Of a stretch of 61,236 bases of DNA, positions 1 through 9,233 are shown one piece after another. Numbering within the stretch: the stretch's first letter is position 1; every line of letters begins with the position of its first letter. The stretch comes from Clostridia bacterium (lineage in GTDB: Bacteria; Bacillota; Clostridia; Christensenellales; UBA1242): assembly GCA_017625505.1 (NCBI GenBank), contig JAGAKV010000008.1, forward strand, positions 1-61,236, given 5' to 3'. The notes beneath the pieces were generated by a model. The model had not been told where the DNA came from, did not search any database, and saw only the letters and a program-made list of their open reading frames with translations. The translations under genes and the position numbers were made by a program.

Positions 1-939
1 AAAGTTGAGAAACACATCATTGAAAACGACTCAATCATCACTCTTACAGTTGCAAGTGCTTCACTTTCTGTAAACGACAATTCTATGGACCTTCACTATA
101 AAGATCAAGATGAATACAAACTTGAAGATTCAATTGAAATCATCAAACCTATTGTAGACTTCAATGGTAATGTTGATATTGATGAAGAAAGAACAACTGT
201 TACAATCACTAAGAATTCTACAACTCTTGCTTCAATTAAGCTCAGCGAGTGGGCAGATAACAAGGGTATCTCTCTTAAGGATTATGTAAAAGTTGAAGAC
301 GGGAAAATCAGTCTTATCTTCAAAGATGATGGAAAATATACAATTTCTTACAAGGTTGAAGGAACTGTAGGTGCTGGCGATACTTACTCTGTTACATTAA
401 GTGCAGGTGACGTGGTTGCTCCAGAACTCGAAATTGGAGACAACATCCTCAACGAAAAGTCATACAACGTTGACACTCCACTTTCAATTTCATTCTCAAA
501 CAAAGATTTAGATGATTCAATCCTTTCATTTAGTGATATCAACACCAATGAGGACGAACTTCTTGAAACTTTGGTAGTTAAGATTAAGTATGAAGACGGC
601 GCTTATGAAGAGCTTGAAAACGTTGCAGTAAACAGTGACGCAGACAAAGCTGAAGGAAAAGTAAACTATGTTTACAACTATGAATTCGAGCAAAAGGGTA
701 AATATACACTTTCATTCACAATCACAGATAAGGCTGGAAACAAGACTACAAAATACAAAGAAATTGAAGTAGGTGTTGATGAAGCTTCATCTGCTGATGT
801 TGCAGAAATCATGGGCGGAGTTTTAATCGGACTTTCAGTTGTTCTTCTTGCTGGTGTAGTTGTATACTTTGTAGCAAGCAAGAAAAAACTTGACAAGAAA
901 GAAAAATCTTATCGCAGAGAAACAAAATCTAAAAAATAA
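1..939 (+). CDS. C-terminal part of a large surface protein with a C-terminal transmembrane anchor (5' end lies outside the window)
   Basis: The frame of ORF 85..939 stays open back to base 1. Composition is T/S/D/E/K-rich and looks beta-rich. Hydrophobic segment GGVLIGLSVVLLAGVVVYFV is followed by a K/R-rich tail. A terminator follows. Confidence 0.6.
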   Translation, partial: KVEKHIIENDSIITLTVASASLSVNDNSMDLHYKDQDEYKLEDSIEIIKPIVDFNGNVDIDEERTTVTITKNSTTLASIKLSEWADNKGISLKDYVKVEDGKISLIFKDDGKYTISYKVEGTVGAGDTYSVTLSAGDVVAPELEIGDNILNEKSYNVDTPLSISFSNKDLDDSILSFSDINTNEDELLETLVVKIKYEDGAYEELENVAVNSDADKAEGKVNYVYNYEFEQKGKYTLSFTITDKAGNKTTKYKEIEVGVDEASSADVAEIMGGVLIGLSVVLLAGVVVYFVASKKKLDKKEKSYRRETKSKK

Positions 940-1082
940 TAAGTTTTCACAATTAAAAAGTTGAAAATATGGTTGAGAGGGCAAACTCTCTCAGATGCTT
1001 GAAACGCTTGATGTGGCTTTGAAATAATTATTCAATCTTCCGCAAGAAAGCGTTGGCAGACTTCAAAGAGATAAGAAGAAAA

Positions 1083-1107
1083 AGACTTGAATTTTCAAGT
1101 CTTTTTT
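1083..1107 (+). terminator. Rho-independent terminator
   Basis: Stem AGACTTGA / TCAAGTCT with a 4-nt loop, followed by a T-run. Confidence 0.7.
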
Positions 1108-1118
1108 CATGTTTTTTA

Positions 1119-1147
1119 TTGACAAATCAGCTCTACTATGCTATAAT
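1119..1147 (+). promoter_or_regulatory. Sigma-A type promoter of the rplU operon
   Basis: TTGACA (1119-1124), 17-nt spacer, TGcTATAAT extended -10 (1139-1147). Confidence 0.7.
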
Positions 1148-1254
1148 AACACACGTATCCGCATGTGTAGGGTTCAAAAGGCTGATGATTGACACCGTCA
1201 AAAGACTTCAGCACCCGAAATAAAACAGCGAGTTTGGTTAGAGGAGGTAAAGAA
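1148..1254 (+). promoter_or_regulatory. 5' leader of rplU, candidate Firmicute L21-leader type autoregulatory element
   Basis: About 105-nt untranslated leader between a strong promoter and the rplU SD (GAGGAGG). Contains an ACACA..TGTGT hairpin. Assigned by position only. Confidence 0.35.
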
Positions 1255-1563
1255 ATGTTTGCTATAATTGAATGTGGTGGAAAGCAATATAAGGTTAGTG
1301 AAAACGACGTAATCAGTGTTGAAAAACTTGACAATGCTGTTGGCGATAAAGTATCACTCAACGTTTTGCTTGTTAGTGATAACGGAAATGTTGTTGCTGG
1401 AAATCCTATCGTTTCAGGCGCAGTATGTGAAGCTGAAGTAGTTGCTCACGGAAAAGGCGATAAAATCGTTGTTTTCAAGTACAAACCAAAGAAAAACGAA
1501 AGAAAGAAACAAGGACACAGACAACCTTTCACACAATTAAGAATTTTATCTATTAAAAAGTAA
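1255..1563 (+). CDS. rplU: 50S ribosomal protein L21
   Basis: [15 protein letters not shown]-terminus preceded by GAGGAGG. The upstream part of ORF 1189.. lies in the leader. Confidence 0.93.
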   Translation: MFAIIECGGKQYKVSENDVISVEKLDNAVGDKVSLNVLLVSDNGNVVAGNPIVSGAVCEAEVVAHGKGDKIVVFKYKPKKNERKKQGHRQPFTQLRILSIKK

Positions 1564-1571
1564 GGTTTGAT

Positions 1572-1898
1572 ATGACAAATATCACTTTTTATAAGAAAAA
1601 TGACAAAATTATAGGTTTTGAGGTTTTCGGACACGCTGGAAAAAACAGAAGAAACGGGCATGACCTGCTATGCTGTGAAATCTCAACGGTAAGTCAATTG
1701 GCTGTTGTTGGGATTGATGAGGTTGCGGGGATAAAAAAATGCTATAAAATCGAGGATGGTTATTTAAAGATTATGCTTGATGAGCATGTTGCCAGCAATG
1801 AGAAAATTCAATTTCTCTTTGAAACTTGTCTCCAGTCGCTTAAATCTATAGTTTATGATGAAGAAAAATACGCAAAATTGGAGGTAAAAAATGTTTAA
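1572..1898 (+). CDS. prp: Ribosomal-processing cysteine protease Prp (YsxB family)
   Basis: 108-aa protein between rplU and rpmA. Conserved His (FGHAG) and Cys (LLCCEIS) are present. Confidence 0.85.
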   Translation: MTNITFYKKNDKIIGFEVFGHAGKNRRNGHDLLCCEISTVSQLAVVGIDEVAGIKKCYKIEDGYLKIMLDEHVASNEKIQFLFETCLQSLKSIVYDEEKYAKLEVKNV

Positions 1899-2160
1899 GT
1901 TTAATTCTCAACTTTTTGCTCACCATAAAGGTGGTGGTAGTACTAAAAACGGCCGTGATTCACAAGCAAAACGTCTTGGCGTTAAAGCTTATGGCGGCGA
2001 AAACGTAACTGCTGGCTCAATTATCGTAAGACAAAGAGGAACTAGAATTTATCCAGGTACAAACGTTGGCATGGGTAAAGACTACACTCTCTTCGCTCTT
2101 TGCGCAGGAAAAGTTAAATTTACAACTCACAACGGCAAAAAGATTGTTACAGTTGAATAA
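1891..2160 (+). CDS. rpmA: 50S ribosomal protein L27 with a cleavable N-terminal extension
   Basis: [24 protein letters not shown]. Overlaps prp by 8 nt. Confidence 0.93.
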   Translation: MFKFNSQLFAHHKGGGSTKNGRDSQAKRLGVKAYGGENVTAGSIIVRQRGTRIYPGTNVGMGKDYTLFALCAGKVKFTTHNGKKIVTVE

Positions 2161-2270
2161 TAAAATTTAAAAAGACGTACATTAGTCTAACACTTTTGAA
2201 ACTAGTGTAATAATTAAGAGAATTAGAAAAATAATCTAGTTCTCTTTTTTCTTGTAAAGCATTTAGAGAA

Positions 2271-2486
2271 TTGAAAGAAGAAATTATTGCAAAGAATTTT
2301 GTTAAATACTCTATGATGAAAGAAAATTTTAACATACAAGATATGTATAAAGAAATTAATAACGAAACCAAGATAATTTTTAGGGAAGCAGCTAAAAGCG
2401 TTATGTTTAAAACAGAAGAAAAAAACGATTCACTTAACATTGTAAAAGCGTTTAATAATGAAGACGCAGAAGAAAAGAGTTTATAA
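2271..2486 (+). CDS. Small acidic hypothetical protein (71 aa, TTG start); doubtful
   Basis: ORF lies between two hairpin terminators. The SD is weak and no motif was recognised. Confidence 0.25.
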   Translation: MKEEIIAKNFVKYSMMKENFNIQDMYKEINNETKIIFREAAKSVMFKTEEKNDSLNIVKAFNNEDAEEKSL

Positions 2487-2492
2487 AAAATG

Positions 2493-2535
2493 AAAAGAGC
2501 AAAAGTAATCATCACCTTTGCTCTTTTTTATTTTT
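2493..2535. terminator. Bidirectional hairpin terminator
   Basis: AAAAGAGCAAA / TTTGCTCTTTT stem with A- and T-runs on either side. Sits between convergent ORFs. Confidence 0.6.
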
Positions 2536-3139
2536 AATTATACAATATCTCTGGGAACAATTTATAGAGATTATAGCCCAGCATATCATCAAAATATTGT
2601 TTAAGTTTTTGTGCTTCTGTTAAGTGATAAACAGTGTTTGAGAAAACCCCATAACGAAGTGCTAAATTTATCAATCGTTTTTCCATAGTCATTGTTTCTT
2701 GAAAGCACATCAAATCACATAAGTTAATAAGTTTTTCTAAAACAGTGTATTCGTGTTTTTTTATAAAATCTCTGACAAATTCATATTTATATCTGTCTTT
2801 GTTTGGAATTCCACCTGCAACACAATTGATATCATTGTTAAGATAAGAGTGGGTTAAGCATATGTTTGCATATTCTTCGCCAACTCCTATACTTAATAAG
2901 TATTCATAACCACCAATTCCATGAGGAACAACATCGCTTCCTCTTCCAACTCCATTTCTTTTTCCAATGTCATGAATATATCCAAGAGCTTTTGCCATAT
3001 CTTCATCTAAATTTAATGCTTTTGCTATCACAGCTGCGGTATTGCCAACACAAATGGAATGTTCAATCCAATAATCACTTTCCGCCATTCCTCGCGCTTC
3101 ATTTAATAATTCTAATGCTTTTTCACTTGTCAATTTCAT
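2534..3139 (-). CDS. HD-domain metal-dependent phosphohydrolase
   Basis: H..(IEHS), YIHDIGK and a later H (PHGIGG) follow the HD superfamily pattern. ATGA overlap with the upstream gene. Confidence 0.7.
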   Translation of the reverse strand: MKLTSEKALELLNEARGMAESDYWIEHSICVGNTAAVIAKALNLDEDMAKALGYIHDIGKRNGVGRGSDVVPHGIGGYEYLLSIGVGEEYANICLTHSYLNNDINCVAGGIPNKDRYKYEFVRDFIKKHEYTVLEKLINLCDLMCFQETMTMEKRLINLALRYGVFSNTVYHLTEAQKLKQYFDDMLGYNLYKLFPEILYN

Positions 3140-4032
3140 AATTGCTCCTTGTTTTTATATCCCATTTTAATAAAGAAATCTTTGTATATTTCGTGCCTAT
3201 TCAAATCATTTACAAAAGTAACTTTATGTTTATCTTTTGTATATTTGTAAGAAGTATCATCAAGAATTTCTGGACAACTTATTTCTTGCGTTTTAAACCA
3301 ATCTTTATTAAGAAGATAGGCAATGGCACTTAAATCCCATAGTGTTTTACTCTCACCAATAATATCGTTTGGCTCTTTTCTATAAGCCTTTTTGCAATTC
3401 TTAAATATTTCGCATAAGTATTGTCCTATCTTGCCTTGTCCAGCCAAATAATGCTCTAATTCATAGATTGTAGTTGTTAAGTTAGACGCAACATTTCTGC
3501 AAGGAATAACAACTAATGGCGCTTTTGAATTATAAACAACTCTTACAGCTTCAACATCTTGTCTAAAATTAAATTCAGTATTCTTTTCAGATAGAAAACT
3601 ATTTCCACCAAGCCAAATAATATCTATCTTGTTTACAATCTCTGGTGCGTGATAAATGGCTAGTGCAATATTAGTTATTGCCCCTATTGCAATAATCGTT
3701 GTATGTTCGTTTGCTTTTGCTAGTTCAATTAATTTAGAACTAGCTGGGTTTAGCTTTTTGCTTTCAAAGAAATATGAAGTTGCCCCTTTATACATAATGT
3801 CTTTATAAGCACTTGCATTTAGCATATCTAAAACTTTGCTAGCTGTATTAAAAGACAAATCAATTCCTTCTGTAAGATTTTTAACAGGAGCATAGCCACT
3901 TCCCATAAATGGAGCAATGGTTATTGCTTGTAAATTAACACTATCTAACGATTTGATAAGATAACACAAAGCAAATTGGTCATCAACTTCGTTTGATATA
4001 TCTGTATCTAAAATAACATTTCTTTTTTGCAT
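3136..4032 (-). CDS. Nucleoside hydrolase (inosine-uridine preferring family-like)
   Basis: N-terminal aspartate cluster ILDTDISNEVDDQFAL. Length is about 300 aa. Confidence 0.7.
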   Translation of the reverse strand: MQKRNVILDTDISNEVDDQFALCYLIKSLDSVNLQAITIAPFMGSGYAPVKNLTEGIDLSFNTASKVLDMLNASAYKDIMYKGATSYFFESKKLNPASSKLIELAKANEHTTIIAIGAITNIALAIYHAPEIVNKIDIIWLGGNSFLSEKNTEFNFRQDVEAVRVVYNSKAPLVVIPCRNVASNLTTTIYELEHYLAGQGKIGQYLCEIFKNCKKAYRKEPNDIIGESKTLWDLSAIAYLLNKDWFKTQEISCPEILDDTSYKYTKDKHKVTFVNDLNRHEIYKDFFIKMGYKNKEQL

Positions 4033-4601
4033 AATCTGGTAATCTCCTCATATAGATTTTTCCAACTTGTAGCAAAAGGCAAATCTTCTTTGTCTTTGCG
4101 GTTATACTTAGTAAACATTAGCATACAATTTATACCATTTGCTCTCATTTTTTTACATTGACCAGCGCGGTCATCAATCATAATATCAATTTTATATTCT
4201 CTGCACTCTTTCGTTTTATCTGGTGCTTCCGATAAAATGAGTTTTGTGTAATTTATTTTGTTTTTTTCAAGCCAATCAAGAGTTGTCTTTTCTGCGTTTA
4301 AATAATGTGGGTAGGCTCTATGAGATATAAGATAAAGTTTGTGTCCATCTTGTAAAAGTTTATCCATATATTTTTTGCAGTTTCTTCTAGGTTTTAAGTC
4401 CTTTGCAATTCGTTCCATATTGTTATTATAAAACTCATCAACTTCTTCTTGTGTCCAATCAAACATTCCGTGATTGATATGTCTAGCATTCTTATTGATA
4501 ACACCAGTATTTCTTTTATTCTTATCTTCTAATAAAAATTCTTTTAAAATATCATTATCGAAAGCTGTTATAACATTGTCAATATCTAATCCTATGTTCA
4601 T
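4008..4601 (-). CDS. HAD-superfamily 5'(3')-deoxyribonucleotidase-like phosphatase
   Basis: MNIGLDIDNVIT (DxDxV/T nucleophile motif), LISHR, IMIDDR. Overlaps the next gene by 25 nt. Confidence 0.55.
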   Translation of the reverse strand: MNIGLDIDNVITAFDNDILKEFLLEDKNKRNTGVINKNARHINHGMFDWTQEEVDEFYNNNMERIAKDLKPRRNCKKYMDKLLQDGHKLYLISHRAYPHYLNAEKTTLDWLEKNKINYTKLILSEAPDKTKECREYKIDIMIDDRAGQCKKMRANGINCMLMFTKYNRKDKEDLPFATSWKNLYEEITRLCKKEMLF

Positions 4602-4797
4602 AAAAATCTCCTAATAAGCATATTATAGCATAAATTTTTTGCTTTTGTATTAAAAATTAAAAAATACTTTATCAATTTAACGATAAAGTACTTTTTAAAT
4701 AAATTTATTTCATTAGTTTCAAAAGGCATAGCCCTTATGTCCATCTTTTTTTTGTGGGTACGTGTGAGCAGAAAATATTTTTTAAAGCACAAATTTC

Positions 4798-4826
4798 TTG
4801 CTTTTTGCGTTATATTTATGTAAAAT
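4798..4826 (+). promoter_or_regulatory. Promoter abutting the ogg start codon (leaderless geometry)
   Basis: TTGCTT (4798-4803), 17-nt spacer, TAAAAT (4821-4826). ATG at 4827 and 4833. No SD. Confidence 0.5.
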
Positions 4827-5669
4827 ATGGCTATGAATTATCAACTGACATGTGAAGGAATAAAAATTTTTGATAAGCGGCAATTCAGCCCTCGCCATAT
4901 TCTCGATTGTGGTCAGGTTTTTTGCTATGATAAACGCGGAGACAACTATATAAGTTATCCACAAAATCAGTTTGCTGAAATTATTGAATTTGAAAAATAT
5001 TATCTAATCAAGACCAAAAATGTGGATTTTTTTGTGGATTACTTTGATTTATCAACAAACTACGAAAAAATAAAGTGTGAATTAGGTTCTTTTCAAATGC
5101 TTAAAGAGCCAATTTTGTTTGGTTATGGGATACGCATTTTAAATCAAGATCTGTTTGAAACGCTTTTGTCCTTTATTATTTCCGCAAACAACAATATTAA
5201 GCGAATCAAAGTAATATTGAACAATATTAGAAGGGCGCTTGGCGAAAAAATAGGTGATAATGTCTATTCGCTGCCTACTTATGAGGTGCTTAAGGCGCAA
5301 GATGAAGACTTTTATAAGAAAGCAGGTGCAGGATATCGTGCTAAATACCTTATTAAGATGCTGCATCAAATTACTCCGCAATTACTGGAAGAATGGAGAA
5401 AACTTGACACTGCAGCCCTTCGCACAAAGCTGGTTTCCATTGCAGGTGTTGGACCTAAAGTGGCAGACTGCATTCTGTTGTTTGGCTATCATAGGGGCGA
5501 CAGCTTTCCTGTGGATACATGGATGGCCAAAATGTACAATATGTATTTTGAGCCTATTGAAAACAGAAATATCATGCGCGATAACCTTGTGAAACAGTTT
5601 GGAAAAAACTCGGGCTATGCTCAACAATATCTCTTTTACTATATTAAAGAAAACAATCAAAAAAGTTAA
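4827..5669 (+). CDS. ogg: 8-oxoguanine DNA glycosylase / HhH-GPD family (likely true start at ATG 4833)
   Basis: IAGVGPKVADCILLFG...FPVDTW matches the OGG1 HhH-GPD motif, including the catalytic Lys and Asp. Confidence 0.8.
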   Translation: MAMNYQLTCEGIKIFDKRQFSPRHILDCGQVFCYDKRGDNYISYPQNQFAEIIEFEKYYLIKTKNVDFFVDYFDLSTNYEKIKCELGSFQMLKEPILFGYGIRILNQDLFETLLSFIISANNNIKRIKVILNNIRRALGEKIGDNVYSLPTYEVLKAQDEDFYKKAGAGYRAKYLIKMLHQITPQLLEEWRKLDTAALRTKLVSIAGVGPKVADCILLFGYHRGDSFPVDTWMAKMYNMYFEPIENRNIMRDNLVKQFGKNSGYAQQYLFYYIKENNQKS

Positions 5670-5678
5670 ATTTACCTA

Positions 5679-5707
5679 TTTACAACCGCTTTGTTATGTG
5701 CTATAAT
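5679..5707 (+). promoter_or_regulatory. floA promoter
   Basis: TTTACA, 17-nt spacer, TGcTATAAT. The -10 lies inside the 5696 ORF extension, which argues for the 5729 start. Confidence 0.55.
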
Positions 5708-5728
5708 ACGCGTAACGGAGGAATAAAT

Positions 5729-6775
5729 ATGGCAAATTTATTGTTGTTTGGAACGCCTGAAATTGTCACTGTATCAGTGTTTGGGGCGCTTTTTGTAGGA
5801 TTTATTATTTATTTGATTTTTGTGCCAATGAAGAGCTGGTTTACCGCGCTTTTTGGAGGGGCTTACATTCCGACATTTAAGCTTCTGGCGATGAAAAACA
5901 GACAAATTGATGTTGGCAAAGTGGTTGGTGCATACATATTGTCAAAAAAATCTAAGCTCGGAATAAAACTTTCGCAAATTGAAAGTTTTGTGCAGTCGGG
6001 TGGAGATATTATGGAGGTGCTTACTGCACTTAATTTTGCAAAAGACGCAGGGATCGCACTTTCTTTTGATCTTGCTTGTGCAATTGACAGGGCAAATCAT
6101 AATGTAGTTGAGTGTGTTCAAAATCATCTTAATTCCAAAGTAATTGCTGTTGATGATATTAGAGGCTTTACTAAAGATGAATATGAGATTATTACTGCAG
6201 CAAGAGTCTCTGTAAAACTTGATCTTGCAAATTATGTAAATGGACTTGGCGAGGAAGATTTGAAAAGCACGGTAAATGCTTGGGTGCTTGAAAATATTTC
6301 TCATTGTCCAAACCATAAAAACATTTTAAACGATCCAAATAAAACACTGCTTGGGAATTTTGACCTTCACATTGTTGGTCAAAAATCTATGTACGACATC
6401 CTTGATGCATCAATATGCAAAGTGGAGGTTGGCAGAAATTTAAACATGGAAAAGCAAATTCAGGAGGCTGAAAAAGCCAAAGTTTATGCTCAAATTGAAG
6501 CAGAGAGAATGAAAAATGCTGAAGAAGTAAAAGAGCTTCAAATGAGAACAAAGACAGAGGAGATGAAAGCAGAAATGCTTCAAGCGGAAGCAGAAGTTCC
6601 AAAAGCTCTTTCTCAGGCAATCAAAGAAGGCAGATTTTCTGTAATGGATTATTATAAGCTTATGAATCTTCAAGCGGATACAGCGCTTCGCAGGTCTATA
6701 ATTGCAAATGAACAAAATCAAAAAGCTGAGAGTGATTTTAGTTTTAACGATGATGAAGGAGATTTGTTTGAATGA
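5729..6775 (+). CDS. floA: Flotillin-like protein FloA (YqfA/UPF0365, SPFH superfamily)
   Basis: N-terminal TM segment. C-terminal AEAEVPKALSQAIKEGRFSVMDYYKLMNLQADT closely resembles B. subtilis FloA. GGAGG lies before ATG 5729. Confidence 0.85.
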   Translation: MANLLLFGTPEIVTVSVFGALFVGFIIYLIFVPMKSWFTALFGGAYIPTFKLLAMKNRQIDVGKVVGAYILSKKSKLGIKLSQIESFVQSGGDIMEVLTALNFAKDAGIALSFDLACAIDRANHNVVECVQNHLNSKVIAVDDIRGFTKDEYEIITAARVSVKLDLANYVNGLGEEDLKSTVNAWVLENISHCPNHKNILNDPNKTLLGNFDLHIVGQKSMYDILDASICKVEVGRNLNMEKQIQEAEKAKVYAQIEAERMKNAEEVKELQMRTKTEEMKAEMLQAEAEVPKALSQAIKEGRFSVMDYYKLMNLQADTALRRSIIANEQNQKAESDFSFNDDEGDLFE

Positions 6776-7317
6776 TTTGGTGGATTATAGCAGGCTGTGC
6801 AGTTGTGCTTATAGCAAGTCTTGTACTAACAGTCATTCTTGCAAAGAAAAAGGGCAAGAAAAACGCTAAAAAACTTGATGAAAATATCAGCAAATTTAAA
6901 ACTGAAAAAGAAGAAATTGAAAAGAAAGAGCAGGCTGATGCGGAAGAAAAGAAGGAAAAAGAAGCCTTTAAAAACATCACCTTGACAGAAGATGTTGAAG
7001 AGGAATTTAAGGATTTGTTTCAGCCGCATCTAGCCAGTGTAAAAGAAAAAGATGATTTTGATTTTCCAGAATTGTCGAAAGCTGATTTTTCAAATTCAAA
7101 ATTTAACGACTTTGATGACGATTTCTTCAAAAATCTTGACAAACCAAGTAAAAAATCAAAAGCGTTGACTAGAGATGAAGAATTTGAACAGTTTTTAAAT
7201 GAACATTCTTTCTCTCGTCGAGTTCTAGACAAGGATATTTTGGACGAAATTAAAAGCCTATCACCAAAAATGAAGGCGATTGTACTGGGCAACGTTTTCA
7301 ATAAATTTGATGAATAA
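6772..7317 (+). CDS. Membrane-anchored K/E/D-rich protein in the position of B. subtilis yqfB
   Basis: ATGA overlap with floA. One N-terminal TM segment, then a charged low-complexity region. Confidence 0.55.
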   Translation: MIWWIIAGCAVVLIASLVLTVILAKKKGKKNAKKLDENISKFKTEKEEIEKKEQADAEEKKEKEAFKNITLTEDVEEEFKDLFQPHLASVKEKDDFDFPELSKADFSNSKFNDFDDDFFKNLDKPSKKSKALTRDEEFEQFLNEHSFSRRVLDKDILDEIKSLSPKMKAIVLGNVFNKFDE

Positions 7318-7365
7318 AGTTAAATATTATATTAAACACGCATATCTTACCATGAGGAGAGAGGC

Positions 7366-7626
7366 GTGTTTAATTTTTTTGATGAGATTAAAGCAAAAAT
7401 GGGCATAAAAGATGATGCGCTATATGATTACAACATTGTCAATGTATCAGGCAGATTGCTTTATGCTGAAGGGCATAAAGGCCTTGTTGTGTTGTCTGAC
7501 AGGCAAATTGTTTTTAAACTGAAAAGCGGACAGGCGGTGGTTGAAGGCAGCGGATTAATCCTTGCCGAACTTGCGCAAAACACGCTGTTTATTAAAGGTA
7601 AAATAACAAAGGTGGAGCTTCAATAA
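7366..7626 (+). CDS. yqfC: YabP/YqfC-family sporulation protein
   Basis: 86 aa, GTG start after GAGGAGAGAGG. Sits immediately upstream of a yqfD-like gene as in Bacillus. Confidence 0.6.
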   Translation: MFNFFDEIKAKMGIKDDALYDYNIVNVSGRLLYAEGHKGLVVLSDRQIVFKLKSGQAVVEGSGLILAELAQNTLFIKGKITKVELQ

Positions 7627-7628
7627 AT

Positions 7629-8750
7629 ATGATAAAAAACCGCACTAAAGTGACAATAAAAGGTTTTAATCAAGAGCGCACTCTCAATCAAATATCGCAA
7701 AAAATAAAAATATACAATTTCAAACGGGAAGAAAACGGCATTTCTCATTTTGAGGTGGACTTTAAAGACAGAAAACAAATAAAAAATATGCTTAAGTCAA
7801 GCGGAATTCAAGTGATAAGTTACTCTTCTTACGGCCTTAAAAAATTTATTAAAAATTTGATCCGCAGCTACGGCATCTTAGCTGCAGTTGCCGCCATTCT
7901 GCTTTGTTATATCGGACAATATAATTTTATTCTTAAGGTAGATGTTTTTGGTCAAGAAGAGACGATAAACCGCCAAATAGAACGTTTTACAGAAGAAAGC
8001 CTTCACTCAAGATTAAAATCGAAAATAGACACCAAAAAACTCGAAATTCTTATTATGGAGAAGTTTGATGAGGTTTCATCAGTTAGCGCAGCAATTGTTG
8101 GGCAAAGTTTGGTGATTAATGTGCATCAAGTGGAACTGCCAGAAGAACTTGAAGGTGAGTTTGCTCCCATTATAAGTCAGTATGAGGGGCGCATAACTAA
8201 GATTCATTTAATTCAAGGGACGTTGGCGGTCAATGAAGGGGATATTGTGCAGAAGGGCGACATTCTTGTATATCCCTATGTTGTCGACTCGCAAGGTGAG
8301 CGTCGCGACACTCACGCAAAAGCACAGATTTATGCAGACATCTGGCTGGAAGGTGTGCAGACTCACTATGATTGTCGATATAAGACGCAGAGGACGGGAG
8401 AAAAACATATTTACAGTGAAATTTTTTTTAATAATCTCCTCATATTTTCAAATAAAAAAGATGTAAATTTTAAACAATACGAAAGTGAAAATAGCATGAG
8501 ATTTTTAAGTAAAAATCTATTGCTGCCTCTTTATATAAGAAAAACGATAGTGTACGAAGTAGAAACAATTGAGATAAAATCAGATTTTTTGAAAGAAAAA
8601 ACACAAATTATTGAAAATGCTCGCCAAAAAGCCTTGATTTTTTTACAAGAAAATGAGATAATAAAAGAAGAAATAATTACAATAAAGGAAGAAAGCGGAT
8701 GGCATGAAGTTCGGCTGGTGCTGACCGTCAATCGAAACATTGGAGGATGA
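7629..8750 (+). CDS. yqfD: Sporulation protein YqfD-like
   Basis: 373 aa with a single central TM segment (GILAAVAAILLCYIG). yqfC-yqfD-ybeY-era synteny. Confidence 0.62.
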   Translation: MIKNRTKVTIKGFNQERTLNQISQKIKIYNFKREENGISHFEVDFKDRKQIKNMLKSSGIQVISYSSYGLKKFIKNLIRSYGILAAVAAILLCYIGQYNFILKVDVFGQEETINRQIERFTEESLHSRLKSKIDTKKLEILIMEKFDEVSSVSAAIVGQSLVINVHQVELPEELEGEFAPIISQYEGRITKIHLIQGTLAVNEGDIVQKGDILVYPYVVDSQGERRDTHAKAQIYADIWLEGVQTHYDCRYKTQRTGEKHIYSEIFFNNLLIFSNKKDVNFKQYESENSMRFLSKNLLLPLYIRKTIVYEVETIEIKSDFLKEKTQIIENARQKALIFLQENEIIKEEIITIKEESGWHEVRLVLTVNRNIGG

Positions 8751-9233
8751 ATGGTAATAAATTTTGAAGGCGTTGGCTTTCGTTACAGAAGATTAATTAA
8801 GAAAATTTATGCACAGGCGTTAAAACTTACAAACAACGACATGGATGGGCTTGAGGTTACGCTATCATTTGTGGATGCACAGAAGATTCAGGAATACAAC
8901 AAGCAGTATAGACAGGTTGATAAGGCGACAGATGTATTGTCATTTCCTATGCTCAATATCACTTATGATCAAACGGTAAAGGAGTTTGCAGATGAGGTGC
9001 TTCCAAACGGGACTCTCTATCTTGGTGATGTGGTTATTTGCAAAAAGATAGCAAGACTTCAAGCGAAGCAATATGGGCACAGTTTAAAGAGAGAAGTCGC
9101 ATTTCTTGCTCTTCATGGATTGCTGCATGTATTGGGTTACGACCATATCGAGAAGGAAGAAGAAACTATTATGATGCAAAAAAGCGAAGAGGTTTTATCG
9201 TCGCTAGGAATAGGCAGGGGCGGCAATGTTTAA
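8751..9233 (+). CDS. ybeY: rRNA maturation endoribonuclease YbeY
   Basis: HGLLHVLGYDH zinc-binding motif. Confidence 0.9.
   Translation: MVINFEGVGFRYRRLIKKIYAQALKLTNNDMDGLEVTLSFVDAQKIQEYNKQYRQVDKATDVLSFPMLNITYDQTVKEFADEVLPNGTLYLGDVVICKKIARLQAKQYGHSLKREVAFLALHGLLHVLGYDHIEKEEETIMMQKSEEVLSSLGIGRGGNV

Noticed and set aside
2147-2515. 122-aa minus-strand ORF between rpmA and the HD gene
   Set aside because: Its translation is extremely Phe/Ile/Leu/Ser-rich. It spans two terminator hairpins and has no SD. It is treated as noise from AT-rich intergenic DNA.
5696-5728. Upstream ATG extension of floA (MCYNTRNGGIN)
   Set aside because: The extension contains the TGcTATAAT -10 element and the GGAGG SD that serve the ATG at 5729, so it is very unlikely to be translated.
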